A stretch of DNA of 63,697 bases, counting the filler, from Bigelowiella natans CCMP2755 (lineage: Eukaryota > Protista > Cercozoa): assembly GCA_000320545.1 (NCBI GenBank). It is 6 parts of 6 records of this genome, joined end to end, with 100 filler letters (N's around TTAATTAATTAA, not from the genome) between each part and the next. Parts side by side here need not be neighbours in the genome. Positions count along the whole stretch, not along the records: positions 30,466 to 44,257 come from ADNK01000451.1; positions 44,358 to 59,132 come from ADNK01001170.1; 4 more parts are not named here. One strand, given 5' to 3'. This document shows, piece by piece, positions 30,923 to 45,220 of the stretch (positions are counted from its first letter, which is position 1; each line of letters opens with the position of its first letter). A program made the position numbers and the translations under genes. The notes under the pieces were generated by a model. The model was not told the origin of the DNA, searched no databases, and saw only the letters and a program-made list of their open reading frames with translations.

Positions 30923-30963
<41 letters not shown>

Positions 30964-31296
30964 ATGTTACACGAATTGCTGCTGTACAAAAGCACCAAAT
31001 GCTTTTCTAAATTCATGCCACTACCCCTTCCCCCCCCCCCCCCCCCCCTCCGCATCCTGCACTCCTTTCTGCTGCCATGAATAAGATCTCTCCGGAGTGT
31101 TCGGTTGGGTTCATTTACTTCGACTCCAAAGCCACAGTGGAGAGAATCCTGAAGGTACTGAGCGTGCTCGGCGTCGATGACATCAATCAGCAGCTTGGTT
31201 GAGTTGTTCTTGGTGCTTCCCTATAGAGCATATTATGTATGTTCTCCGGATGATGTGGAAGGATACTGATACTGTTTGTAACAAGAGTATATTATT

Positions 31297-31337
<41 letters not shown>

Positions 31338-31853
31338 GTATATAAATAAACATATACACATATGGCAGCATGTGCATTTAATACTTGAAAGAAAGATGAT
31401 CCCACTATCACATTGCCATCCTTCCGAGTCAATATCGTCGCTGCCATTATCACCACCACCATCATCATCATCATCATCTTCTTCTTCTTCTTCTTCATCA
31501 GGAATATAATGAATCCAAACTGAGCAGTAAGGAGGAGTGGAAGAAACTCCCGTCGGACGGCGAATATAAGAGTAAGAAAGAGCATGACTAGTTAAGATCC
31601 GTACCCCGATTCCCTCGAAATTAAAAAATAAAAAACAAAATGCATCGACGGTGTCAGTCTGCCCAATTGTAATTTCCGGGACGAAATGAATGGATGAATA
31701 TTCGTTTGCATATTTGTTGCTGTCGTCGTTGTTCGTGCTGAACGTGTGCTTATATATAGTCCCTGGAGCTGTGGGCCAGATGAGATCAGGGCCAGCACAA
31801 CCCTATTCTGCCTACTCAAGCCACCGTATTCATATTAACAATAAATACTGTGC

Positions 31854-31905
<52 letters not shown>

Positions 31906-31979
31906 ATGTGTGTATGCTTGTATGTATGTACTTAGAGACTGATATTGCAGAAAGGCGGCAACAATATGCTAGCTCTCAC

Positions 31980-32015
<36 letters not shown>

Positions 32016-32599
32016 TATCATCATTATCATCATTATCATCATCACGTTGCACGCATTCAATCATTAGGGAAGAGGGGGCATGATTCCATGCGCCACGGAG
32101 GAGATATATATGGAGGAAGAGGAGGAAGAGGAGGAGGCTACAACTCGTCTCATTACGGCGGGTATGTATGTGTATACACGTTTGTATGCATGTATATGTC
32201 ATCACTCTGATGCCGCTGCTGCTGCTGCTGCTGCTGCCCCAATTGGTTCTTGCTGGAAGATTTTCCTCTAAGAGAAGCATAAGAGAGCAGGAAGGGGGAA
32301 AGGGCTCACAGCTCGTGAGCTATTGGCACCCGTTGTTGTGTGTCCTCCTGAATGATTCTTTGTGTGAAGGTATTCCGGGTATGGACAAGGGTACTCTGCA
32401 GCAGCCGCCTACGGACAACAGTGAGAACACACAGAGAGAGAGAGAAGCAGAAGAAGGAAAAGAAGACGAAGAAGAAGAAGAAGAGAGGAAGATTTTTAGT
32501 TCACTCGTTACCACACGCCTGAATCATCAGCACCCCCTTCTTACTCCTCCACCACTAAGTACTGTGTGTGTGTGAGTCATTTTGTAGTAGTAGTAGTAA

Positions 32600-32632
<33 letters not shown>

Positions 32633-33246
32633 TGGTACAAACATTACGGTTTCTATGGAAAATTAGGTACGCGCACGCAGCAGCATATCAGCAGCAGCAG
32701 GGCTACCATCATCAACAGCAGCAGCATCACCAATATGCAGCAAGCCAGTCGTACAACAACCAGCACCAAGGCGGCTACTCGCAGCCTGCTCACGGACAGT
32801 ATTCGGGCACGTACGGTACACAAGGAGGGCATCATCAACAACAACAACAGCAGCAGCAGCCGCAGCAGTACGGCGCTAATGCTGCTGTTACATCATATCC
32901 ACCCAGCAGCAGCAGTGGCTCAGGAAGCACCGCTTATCATCAATATCCTCCTAACACAAATGCCAACCAGTACCCCCCCTCTAGCAGCACACCCCAACAC
33001 CGCCAGCAACAATATCCACCACCAGCCACGGCCATAGCAGCGACAGCAGCACATCATCAGCAGTACCCTGCAATACCGTACGGGTCAGCAGCGTCGTACT
33101 TGCAGCAAGCACAGCAGCATCACATAGGTGGTGGTGGTGGTGGTGGAGGTGGAGGAGGAGGGGGAGGCGGCGGAGGCGGAGCAAAACGACAGAGAGTCAA
33201 TAATGGAGCTTATCCTGGTGCTGGTGGTGGGTTCTCGCATAGATAG
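30826..33246 (+). CDS. 3' part of a probable RRM RNA-binding protein with RGG and Q/G/S/Y-rich low-complexity tail
   Basis: RNP1-like GFIYFDSKATVERILK (about 31108-31155), GGDIYGGRGGRGGGYNSSHYGG, GYSGYGQGYSAAAAYGQQ, and a final exon rich in Q/Y/P/G with basic AKRQR. Confidence 0.55.
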
Positions 33247-33958
33247 AAATATGAGAGGACGGAACAGGGGGGGAATCAGGCTTTGCATCGGTGACGTGGT
33301 ATTTCCGAGTGCAGTAAATACACTGACAACCCGCGGCAAACTGTTCGCTCTCGTACTTGCTTCTGATTTTGGCTTATTTAACATTGTAGCAGCAACTGTC
33401 GTATCGCGAAATAGCACTAGCCGCAGCCACCTTTGTTCGACTGGTCGGCGCAATGATCAGCAGATAATAAGTAAATCTCGCAGCAGAAGTGCAATGTTGA
33501 ATTAATAATAATATTGGAATGTAATAAAGCGAAATACCTTCATTAAGTGTCTGCATTGGCATGCAGCGTGCAACTTCACGTACAAAGCAAAATGCAAGAG
33601 GTTATATTACGTGCAATCTAGGTGATGAGCATATTTACATTTTAGCTTTGACATGACTTTGGTTAACTGCACCTCTATCTAGCTAGTTAGACCTGGCTAG
33701 ACGACAGGCGCTGATACGGTGGCAGCCATGTGGCCGCGATTTTTCCAAAAATTATAAATAGCTAGATAGGTACGAAAGAGCCTCGATTGGCGCAATAATG
33801 TGATAAAACTATTATCGCAGCTCTTCATATGTGCGCAAACATGCATGCTATATGCATGCGTTATATGCCCACATGTGGCGTACCATATTTGCACACTGCT
33901 GGTTATCTAACTATATTGAGCAACATAAACAAAACTAGCTAGTAGTTCCTCTCTTACC

Positions 33959-35308
33959 TTATCCTCTCCCTCCATGTCTACTTCTTCGAAATAAATTAGA
34001 CGGCGAGGAATTAACTCTTAGTTTTCGCATGATTTTAGTGAATGGCCGCGCCAGATTTCTCATCGATGCCGAAGATTGAGAGACTCCCAACTTTTTCAGG
34101 ATTGACGATGACGCTGAGGCTGGACCCTGCTCCACGATACACATACACAAACAGTAAAACCGTGTTGACGCATCAAAAAATAGCTGTTAAATTTTCCTTT
34201 CCACAGGCATTAATATGTATGTGAGTATCGTAAGCTTTCACGGGTTATTATGTTCTGGTTTTTCCGCGTATGTGTACTGAAGATCGCAATATGTACAAAC
34301 ATAAAACAATCATAATTCTCACCAAAGATTGTCTCCTGTTACGGAAGAAACTCTTCATGAGGAAGCTTGCTTCATATCTCAATACTCCTCCATTGATACG
34401 TCGGAACGTGTGAAAGGGATGTACAAAATCGCATTCGCATGCACCCAGACGGGTATTCTTTTCACCTTCGTGATAAATAAGAAGCATTTAGAAGAACATT
34501 ATGCGTAGCTCATATACTAACCCACTTCCCCATGAGGCACGAATTCATGTCCCATCTTCACATACGCAAGAAAAAGATATCTTAAAAGAAATTCTCACCA
34601 TATACTATTGAGCCCACTCTAGATTGAGCCAGAGCAAAGAAACACTAACATAATATAGAAAGGTTTGTCATTCGTTGATTCCTGGAGGGATAGTCAAGGT
34701 CTCACCATAGGGCATGGTTCGATCGTCACAAACATCGTCGTCGAAATTAATCGCCAGTTCTCTAAATGTACGATATGAGTGATAAAGGCGATCTTGAATA
34801 TTGAATTCCCAGAAGAAAAGAGAGCTGAGAATGACTTACTTCTTCGACCCGAGGCCGCTCTCAGACACACCATCTCCGCATGAGCAGTCGCATCCTGGTC
34901 AGGAAAGGAGAAGTAACACGTCAGCTTACAGCATCTAGCTATCAAGCGAGAGAGTAAGAATGATCTCACCGACTGGGTCTCAACCATGTTCCGCCCTGTG
35001 GCGATAACCTTTCCGGTCAGATCATCGACAAGAACAGCACCAATGGGTACCTCACCTACGGACCCTGCTATCTCTGCTTCCTTTAGAGCTTGGCGCATGT
35101 ATTCGATTTCCTTGGCGGCACTCCGAATTGGGACTTCCTCGGCTTCCTGGGCAGCAGCATTCGGAAGAGAAAGGGAGGTGTGAGTGAAAATTAACCTCAA
35201 ATTGAAAAAGTGGAGCAGTCCACGCACATTTCCTTCCCGTTGCTTCGGCAGTCCTCTTACCCCCATTACTATGGTGGCCCTCAGCACCAGCGCCAACACG
35301 AGCAGCAT
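33959..35308 (-). CDS. tadA: tRNA(adenine-34) deaminase, TadA type, with N-terminal signal peptide (probably plastid-targeted)
   Basis: YMRQALKEA, GEVPIGAVLV, ATAHAEMVCLR (HAE), NWRL, FVTIEPCPM(C) (PCxxC), HPFH, LMKSFFRNRR. The start codon is uncertain. Confidence 0.9.
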
Positions 35309-35766
35309 GGGCGATGAAGTGCTCACGGTTTGGTACCCTAGTGTAAGGGCCCCATTCCTAGATCCTGGTTCCGAGGACTCCAAATCTTGTTCCGACATGT
35401 TCAAAATCATGTCGCAGAACAAAAACCACATAGTTTTCTCTGCATATAGAGTTGAGGTCGCGTGGTAAGTGCGACAAAGGATATCCGCCAACTGATCGTT
35501 GTCCTCTAAACACACACACACATTCAATTCTTCTTACAAATTGAGTAAAGAATCTCTTTAAATACTGGGGATTTATTCCCTGCGTCATTGGATGAAAGAT
35601 GTCGTTGCTGCTCTTTTCCGCCGTCGATTCTTCCTAAGAGAGAGAGACTGGATATAGTGACAGAACTGACTTCCATTCTTCCCAACTCTCTTCCTCTTTG
35701 CCGCTCCGCTCCCCACCTCTCCCCAACCACCGACCTGGCTCGTTCTTGAAATTAGACCTCCTCGGC

Positions 35767-38214
35767 ATGTCTGGTTTCACAAGCCAGCCTGGTGCCTGGG
35801 CGCTGGCAATCATCTTCTCGACATTGGGAGTTGGTCTCTCCTTGTACAATGTCGTCCAGCACATTCGAAACTACACCGTGCCGGCTCTTCAAAAGGACAT
35901 CGTGCGCCTGCTATTTATCGTGCCCCTGTAAATTGAGAAGATTAAAACGCTTTTCTGGATTCATCTTTACTATGTGGGAAGATTTTGCAATAATAACCGC
36001 TTCTTTGTGTGTTGTCAGGTATGGAGTCTGCTCAGTATTCAGCCTGATCTTTTGGGAATCCGTGCGTAACTCTTGACATTATTCACCACAATCTGATCCT
36101 CAAACCTTTGTCGCTCTCTTATTACACAGTCGCCCTACATTGAAATCATCCGGGACGTGTACGAGGCATTCGTGATATACTGTTTCCTCAATCTGATGCT
36201 GACGTTTGGTGGAGGGGAGGTACGTTTTCGTTCACTTCACGTTGAAAGACTGGATGAATTCTTCAGCTGACTAAGAAATGTAAAACCCTTGACCACCTCC
36301 GCAGCACCACATGACCGTGGAACTCATGGAATGCAACCCATTAAAGTAAGAATTTTTCGGATGATGAACAGCGATGCCGGTCTGCTTCATTAAAAAATGA
36401 ATGTGAATTATATCCAGGCACCCTCCTCCAATGTGCTGTCTAGATCCAATTAGCCTTGATGGATCATTTGTGAAGGTACCGATGTGCGCGAGTCGTTCAT
36501 CTCTCCCCATTATCTATCCTCATCAAATCTTATGCATGAGCGAGTGAGAATCGAGGTCAGCATACCCGTATCATTAACCATCTCTCATCTATTAGCGAGT
36601 GAAAACCGGCACCCTGCAGTTCGTTGTAATCAAGGTAATTAATCATTAACTTCGAAATCTTGGAACCGGGGATTTGTCTGGCACGCATAGCTAAATCATG
36701 ACGCGCCATCATCCTCCTCCTCCTCCTCCTCCTCTCACAACAGTTCTGTGCATGATTAATGCTTGCAGCTGTTATTCGCCATCATCTCCCTCTCCCTTCT
36801 GGGGGCCGGCAAGTTCGACACTGCAGCCTGGCAAGACATCAATCTTGTTGTGTACAATATCTCCTACACGGTGGCGCTCTACGCACTGCTTCTGTTTTAT
36901 CTGGTCGTAGTAATAGTAGAAGAAGAAGAAGAAGAAGAAGTCCTCCCCCATTAGAAGAGAACCCAGCCCCCACCATTGTTCACATTTCGATACTTGTTGC
37001 GCGCGTGATTTTTTAAGATTTTATTGTGGTGTGGAGCATTAATTTCCCCTGTGAAAATCAAAGGCCACTCGGGACATAGTCTCCACCATGTCACCCGCCA
37101 AGAAATTCTTCGCAATAAAAACAATCGTCTTCTTCACGTACTGGCAAGAGCTGCTCGTGAGTCTTGGACCCTTCAGCAAGGAAGAGGTCGGTTTGATGGC
37201 ATGATGAGTTGAGTGCAGCCGATGGGGAACATGCAGTTTCATACGTTGATGATGATGATGACGATGATAATGATAATGATGATGATGATAATAGCACATT
37301 GATTGACCACCGTTTGCGTTTGCTCTGTTCCTATTGAATACGGATGATCGCCACCACTCCACCACTACCACAGGCAAATCGATGGAACGATTTCATTCTG
37401 TGTTTAGAGATGCCTTTATTCGCAGTATTACAGTATCGTGGTACTGCCCGCCACTACGACTACAACTACTATTACAACAACTACTACCACTACCACTACT
37501 ACTGCTACTACTACTCACGACCAGAAATAGTAGTAAGGAACACAAACAGCCATTTTCTTCTTCGATCACCATCATCGCATGTGTAGTGCATGCGACTGGA
37601 GGAGGAGGAGGAGGCGGGAGTTTTGAACAGCGACAGCAGCTCTTTAAAGTGCTATGCCTGACTACATTGTGCCCCCCCTCTCCCTCCCTTCCCCCCCCCC
37701 CCCCCCAGCCTTCCCATGGCACGAATTCCAAAGCGGTATCCCTGATAAGGGATGGCTAGAAGCAGCTGGGGAAGTTATGAGTGTCCGTGATGTTGCCCAG
37801 GATCTGTACCACAACGTCAAGCCAGGTGGTGCTGTTGTACTGTTAGCAAAGCAGTAGTAGTAGCACCACAATCTGATACGAGGGGTAGTAGAGGAGGAGG
37901 GGGAGAACATGTTTCTTCTTCTTCTTCGCGCATGTTATTATTAGTGGAGGTGCCTTATCGTGTGAGGCAAGGTTATTATCCTTCCCCCCCCCCCCCCCCT
38001 CCCCCCCTCGGTTCCAAAGATGCATGATCCGCTAAGCTACCTCTTTCTTCCTGTCTCTCTTTTTCACCGCCCCCCTCTCTTCTGTTCATGTGTATGGACG
38101 CCGCTGCAGCATACCAGGAGTACACCTTGAATCAATCCACGGCGTCGTAGATAAACAGGGCAAATACGTGGTACGTGTAATTGGTAGTTGTGAGAAAGGA
38201 AGAGGAGGTGCTGG

Positions 38215-38257
<43 letters not shown>

Positions 38258-38308
38258 GTCCATATTGCTCGTGTCCATGGCTGTCTCGCTTACGTATGAT
38301 CGACAACT

Positions 38309-38340
<32 letters not shown>

Positions 38341-38922
38341 TCAGGGGAAAAAGAGCAAGAAGTATAAGACGAGGACGTTCATCATCGGGAACCTTGGCAA
38401 CGAAGTGAGCAGTGTGTTTCTCCTGCATAGATAGAAGAAGAAGAAGAAGAAGAAGAAGAAGAAGAAAGCTGTGACGACGACGATAACGATGATGACGATA
38501 TCGGATGGTGATGATTGCGGTGAGAAAATCATGGTCGCGAACGTGATGCAATGTCAGCTTGTGACAACAACAACAACAACAACAACAAAACGTCGCAGGT
38601 GAAAAATAACCCAAATAACCCGAAAAGGACGACGAACACTGATAGGAAAGGGTATGCAAACGACGGGACAAGTGTGTGTGTTAGATATTAGATAGTTGAG
38701 ACTCGCGCCTATAACCCGTTTTCTTCCGCTTACACCTCATCCCCCCCCCCCCCCCTCTCCATTGGTGGGATCAAAAATAGGATGTCTGAAGACTCCGGCT
38801 CGAGGAAGAAGCTCAAGAATGTGAGTGAACAGCCTCCTCATCTCCCCCCCTCCTCGCGGCGCCCCCCCGTTTCTCCAACGACCATATCCGTATTGTCCGG
38901 TGGATAGAATATGATGCTAATG

Positions 38923-38962
<40 letters not shown>

Positions 38963-39278
38963 GACAACAATATGCTACACCGCCCTCTCACTGAGGGGTC
39001 TGTTGTGGAAGAGGTAGTAGTCACATGAGGATGATGTTGATGTTGCTGTTGCTGATGATGTATATATATATACATATATATCAATATATATAATACATGT
39101 ATATATGATGAAAATGAAGATGGATGCTAGCTAACCACCTCCCCATATATGTATGAACAGCCCATGAGCATATCCGAACTTCCGGAGGGGGACTACAAAC
39201 CTCCGCACGACAACGGAGATGATGATGGGGACGATGATAGCATCGGTGGAGAACACAAGGGCAACAATGTGGATGAGG

Positions 39279-39313
<35 letters not shown>

Positions 39314-39450
39314 AATATTTAGTAGAAGTAGTAGTAGTAGAGCGTCTGCAATCGCATGAGATTGACGCTCATCTTGCTGCTACTGACACACAGGAAACGC
39401 TGGGACTTGAAGTGCTGCCGACCGATTTCCCCCCCGAGATCTCTGTGTAG
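35767..39450 (+). CDS. TMEM184: TMEM184 / OST-alpha family membrane protein
   Basis: QHIRNYTVPALQKDIVRLLFIVPLY, IRDVYEAFVIYCFLNLM, GTLQFVVIK, YNISYTVALYALLLFYL, KFFAIKTIVFFTYWQ, DFILCLEM, AFPWHEF. Confidence 0.93.
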
Positions 39451-39788
39451 CACTAAAATAGACGGCCCGCAACGAGTATTGAATAAAAGAAAGGAAAGGA
39501 AGTTGGATATGATGATGATGATCAATGATAGTCCCGCGCATAAGGCGCTACTCGCATTCTCACAACATCCGCAACAACACCAGGATAAGTTTAAACCTGG
39601 TCGTACGTATCTACCACCGATGCGTGTTGATCTAGAAGTACACCGCTATGTTGGCGTCTCCTCTCACACCGTCGTCTATGGAGTGATTTGGAGTCATAGT
39701 AACAAGTTTTATTTCTCTGTCTCTGCTGTCGTGACATCGATTCAACATGTTCCATCCTCGAATCTGACAATCTTTTGTTGCTAAATTA

Positions 39789-39836
<48 letters not shown>

Positions 39837-40762
39837 ATTAGATCGCACGTATCGGAGTTCTATAACTTCTTGCCTTTCATGCATCGTGTGAGTAGCGCGT
39901 AGTCCGTTGACATATGATACGATACGGATGTAATGGCATTATTCATATTTAATCTTTTCAATGGTCATCCTAATGTAGCTACGCAATCTACCAATGCAGC
40001 TATACACAGCGCCTATGTTGTGTTTGTTACTTTCTGCTGTTACGTGTGCTTCGTGTACGCAAAAGCACCCATGCTAGCATGTAATGCTAAAATGTCTTTG
40101 ATATCGCGCAGCGCGAGCTTCCGATCCGCTCTTGCTTTCGATTTCGTCAGTCGTTTTGGTGTCATCTGTATTCTATTGTGGCAGCTAATTCCTGGTTGTG
40201 TACTAGCGTAGTCTCATTATTGGCTTGCGGCGCGCACACATAGGACTCATCTCTATCTAACAGCTAAACAGCTAACCGCCAAAGGTAATCTGCATTGCTC
40301 GATTGCTAACCGAATGCGCTCCACTTGCTAGCATCAAGATCGTTAAACTAAGTGCTTACTCAAAGCCATAAGCACCTGCAGTACACTGTGCATTGTCTAG
40401 CAGTGAAGTCAGAACAGAACATGTCTAGTTGTGCGTACCGTAGCCGCGCGCGCACGACCACACACAGCTAGACAGTCTTGCTAGCTTGACACCCCATGAA
40501 AACAGCGCAGCTGCAACATGAAGGTACATAGCTTGGGACTGACCATTGTGTGCGTCACCAAAACGCAGCAATCAACAGCGTTACTGTTTCATGTGCAGAT
40601 TAAGTGCGCAGATGGATCATAAACTTTCATGCACTCAGTGTGGCGAAGGGCAGATTGATACTATGTATTCAATGACAAAATACAGCCGTCTCGCATGTCT
40701 AGATGTGTCTCGCCTGTCTAGATGAGTATGTACATTGTCGCTACGGTCAGATCAAAATCTAT

Positions 40763-41913
40763 TCACTTCATCTTCGTTGCTTTCGAATTCGTAACCTGTC
40801 GCTGTTTTTTTGTCATTTTAGAGGAATCATCATCATGGCCATCGTCATATCCTCCGAACTTCCCCTTTCTGGTCCCCCCCCTCCTTCTTGCTGTCAGTGA
40901 CCATGCTCCTGGCAGGCGCTTTCTTCACCTCGCTATTACCGCCGCCACTCTGTATTGACGAGTTCCGATGCCGGATGATCATATCTGGATTGTCACCGCC
41001 GACCTTACTGGAGAGGCCTCGGTGATGCCCCCCTTTCATTTCCTCGTTGCGTTTTGCTGATATCCCTTGAATCCCCCGTGACGAGGCCTTTGTATATATT
41101 AGCAACAATATCATTTCCATCGGCAGGGGGGGCGGGGGGGGTAGGGGGCGAGCCGAAAATAACGCAACTGTATTCTTGCGTCGTTATTGTTTGTATCTAT
41201 GTCCCCCTTTCCCCCCTCAGCGCTCCTTTTCTCTCATTTACCGGCGACTCGATTTCCTGGGTTTTTAAATAATCGATCGCGCTTTGGAGATCAATAAACC
41301 TATCCAACGAAAATGATGATGATGGCGATGATGGCGATGGAGGTAAGGGTGCGGAAAATTGGAACTAAAAGTATAAATAGGTGGCATCCTAGCCTTACCA
41401 CATATCCATGCCTATGAAGTCGGAGAATTTAGATCTGCGGAAAAAGGGGGGGGGGAGGATGGGGGGAGGAGTAGATCTTCATCTTAAGCCCTATTCTGCT
41501 ATACTGCACGCACGAATATGTAAAAAGCGATGAAGAAGAGAAGAACGGTCTCACGAAGCGATTCACCCTTCCTGTGCTAAGCGCACACATCACGCATACA
41601 AGCACATAAAAGCGCACACGAGACGTGCAGAGAACTACCGTTGAAAGAAGGCCCTGACAGGACCGCGACAGCCAACCAACAGGATCTGTATCTTCTCTGC
41701 TTTGAGTATCTTCGTCACGCTCTGCAGCATATTCAATCCAGAGGTATCGACCTGGTGAAAGGGTTGAGAGGGGGGGGGGGGGGAGGAAGGAAGAAATAAC
41801 GGATATGGAAGAAAGAGGGAGGAGGAGTGTAAGTTTAAACAGAATAATGGAGAAAGAAATCATTGCACAGCTTATGAAAAGTATTACCACCCACAGCGCA
41901 CGCGCGCGCCACA

Positions 41914-41948
<35 letters not shown>

Positions 41949-42464
41949 ATAGCGGCAGCAGTAGCAGCAGTACGATCTTCTTACAAACGCAATTAATTTA
42001 CGCTGCTAGCCACGACGACGACCACGACTACTACAACAACAACAACTACAACAACAACTACTACTACTACCTCGTTAGCCATTGACATGATGAGTGCAAC
42101 GGTGTGGATGCCCTCCGTTCTCTGAACGTACTTCAGTAACATCTCCTGGACAGCAGCAGCAGGAGGAGGAGGAGGAGGAGGAAGGGGGGGGGGGGGGAGA
42201 GGAGGAGAGGCCCTACAGTTGGTTGTTTTTGCTGCTGATGATGATGACTACACATCGCGAAATAATACAAACAAAATGGCAGATAAAATGTATGCTCATG
42301 CACGTGCATCCTCGCAATCGTTTCAACGCTGCACGCCCCCTTCATGCATGATCTTATCACCACCTTATAGCTCTTTCTGTTCACGAAGTTGACGCTGCTG
42401 CCGAATCTACAGAGCAGGATAATAAGAGGCGGTGTTAGGGAGAAGGGGAGGGGATGAGAGAGTG

Positions 42465-42495
<31 letters not shown>

Positions 42496-42515
42496 CAGCA
42501 GTAGAAGTAGTAGTA

Positions 42516-42555
<40 letters not shown>

Positions 42556-43032
42556 TACTACTGCTATTATTACTACTATTGTCATTAGAAAGGATCACAT
42601 CTCAGTGATGCGATTTCATGCTCACCGCACTATCAAAAGCCCAGGAAGTCTTCGCGCACTCGGGAATCTGATATAAGAGGTCGGACGAATCGGGGGGGGG
42701 GTGGGGGGAGGGGGGAGGATGAGCTGAACGACCGACACATATCCAATAAAATCGACAAGATGCAAAAACTTGATTCACATTCACTCATTCGTTTCATCCA
42801 ACACATCTCTGCTGCTGTTGTTGTTGTTGTTGTTGCTCTTCTTCGTCCTCGTCTTCTTCTTGCTGTTGTACCACTAATTCCCCTTATCAATCAACCAATC
42901 AACCAACCAACCACTCAATCAATCAATCAATGATACCGGCTAACGTTGCGGTAGAGCTCGGTGCCGGGCAGGTTTCCCAGCTCTACGACCTGGTTAAGCA
43001 GAGCGTGGTGGTTGGTATGCTCCTGTGCACTC

Positions 43033-43073
<41 letters not shown>

Positions 43074-43384
43074 GACACACAAACATACGACGACAACTAC
43101 AACTCTCTTGCCCAACCTGGCCTCGAGCACTTTGCTGCAGGAGCGCGATTATCGACACCGCGAAGCTGTTGGTTAGTTTTATAGCGAGGGGGGGGGTGAC
43201 TGTGTGTGTGTGTGTGTGTGTGTTTGTTGTGCGCGAGTGGCAGAAAGAAGAGAGAGAGAGAGAGAGAAAGAGCGAGAGAGAGCAGTTTCGCTCCTAGTTC
43301 AAAGAATGGTACACACGAATACGTCTGCTACCCCGTCACGAGTCCATATGTAGTTCCGAGGAACAATGTCGCTGGATATATGCG

Positions 43385-43418
<34 letters not shown>

Positions 43419-43496
43419 GGGAAGGGGGGGGGGCGAGGGGCGGGGGGCGGGGGGCGGACAAGAATGCGTAAGATGCGAGAAATAAACGAATATGTT

Positions 43497-43537
<41 letters not shown>

Positions 43538-44108
43538 TACACGGTGTGTGTGTGTGTGTGTGTGTGTGTGCTCATGATCACCGAGAAAAGTCGTCAACCA
43601 GCATAGAAAATCCGACTTCTGCACGCGCCATAGGTGCCTGGCAGCGCCAACAGAAAGAGCAAGGAAAAGAGGGGGAGCACAGGCGCATCCATCATAGAGA
43701 TTCGTTGGGATCATGGCGAAGAGGGGAGAGGCGGTCTCTCCTTTTCTTCGGGGAGAGCTCGCGACGCGCGCTCTTCCAGAAATAGGAGGCAAAATCTAGT
43801 TGGGGAGCGAGATGGTTTCTCTGCTAATGCTGGGTTGCTGAGTGCAAGATGCCTCCGGACATTAGTTGAGTATTCGAGCAGGTAGGTAGGTAGGTAGGTG
43901 CGACATGGCTCACAGCGCAACGGTGTTCATCGTACCAATCCGCAACAATAGTTTCGTCATCATCGTCGTCGTCGTCATCATCATCGTCATCATCATCACT
44001 ATTTGTTTTGTTTGTTTGTTGGTTCTGAACGGCTGCTGGCACACACCTGAGATTCTGCATCTTAGACAGCAGCGTGCGGAAAGCCACGAGGATGATAGAT
44101 CCTAACAC
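40763..44108 (-). CDS. SLC26/SulP anion transporter, C-terminal TMs plus STAS domain (5' truncated; 3' end approximate)
   Basis: VLGSIILVAF..LR | HLWRVQKSDFLCWLTTFL | ATLFLGTTYGLVTG | FAVSIIALLQQSAR | VVELGNLPGTELYRNVSR | FPSARRLPGLLIVR | FGSSVNFVN | VDTSGLNMLQSV...LVGCRGPVR. Confidence 0.88.
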
Positions 44109-44201
44109 CTGAATGGTGCCGTCATCGTCGGGATCGATGCGAATTATATACATCAATAGAATATAAACACAGATGAATACTTCTTCGTGTGTGTGTGCGC
44201 G

Positions 44202-44257
<56 letters not shown>

Positions 44258-44357
44258 NNNNNNNNNNNNNNNNNNNNNNNNNNNNNNNNNNNNNNNNNNN
44301 NTTAATTAATTAANNNNNNNNNNNNNNNNNNNNNNNNNNNNNNNNNNNNNNNNNNNN
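44258..44357. other. Artificial contig linker
   Basis: N-TTAATTAATTAA-N, 100 bp. Confidence 0.97.
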
Positions 44358-44447
44358 GATGTGTATATCTTTCCACCAGCGCACACACACCTTCGCCCAA
44401 AATAGCGTTCCCATGTCTGCGACATAGTTTTCATAATGAAATGGAAA

Positions 44448-44515
<68 letters not shown>

Positions 44516-44843
44516 AAATAAATGTGCGAATGGGTGTATTATTACCATGGGTAATCACCCGTACAACGAACAAGCACCATTCGTGAAATACCCTGAGAGA
44601 ATATGAAAGTCATCATCACGCCATTATTACACGCCCCAAATTTCTTTTGCGGGTGGTTAGAGCTGCGCGTGTTGCTGTTTATTCCGTTTGACCCAAACAG
44701 CTTGCAGAGAACTTGGGAAAGGTGCATGTTATGCCTTCCCCCCCCCCCCCTTGAGCGCACATACACAACGGAACATCAAAGAGAGAACTACCCTGGCGAA
44801 GCATCGAATGTGCCGAACCTAATAAACATGCACATATTGGTAC

Positions 44844-44906
<63 letters not shown>

Positions 44907-45181
44907 TTTCCATTTCATTATTAATACTATGTCGCAGACATGGAAACGCTATTTTGGTCGAGGTGTGCGTGCGCTGCTGCAAAGCTATACACATCTCTAC
45001 GGCAGCTGTGCGGATGAAAGGCCGAATGACACTGTTACCCCTCCACGGCGCATTTTGCCAGAGTAGAGATGTGTGAAGTATGAGCGGGTGCGGAAGTAAA
45101 CACTTCCTCGCCCATTGCGGCCATTAGCTGTAACAGCCTGAGAAAAGAACCGGTCAGCGCAAAATTTCTGTGTGCGCGCGC

Positions 45182-45220
<39 letters not shown>

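Noticed and set aside
34694-35527. 277-aa continuous ORF as the TadA protein
   Set aside because: It reads through several in-frame introns. The spliced model is shorter and its true start is uncertain.
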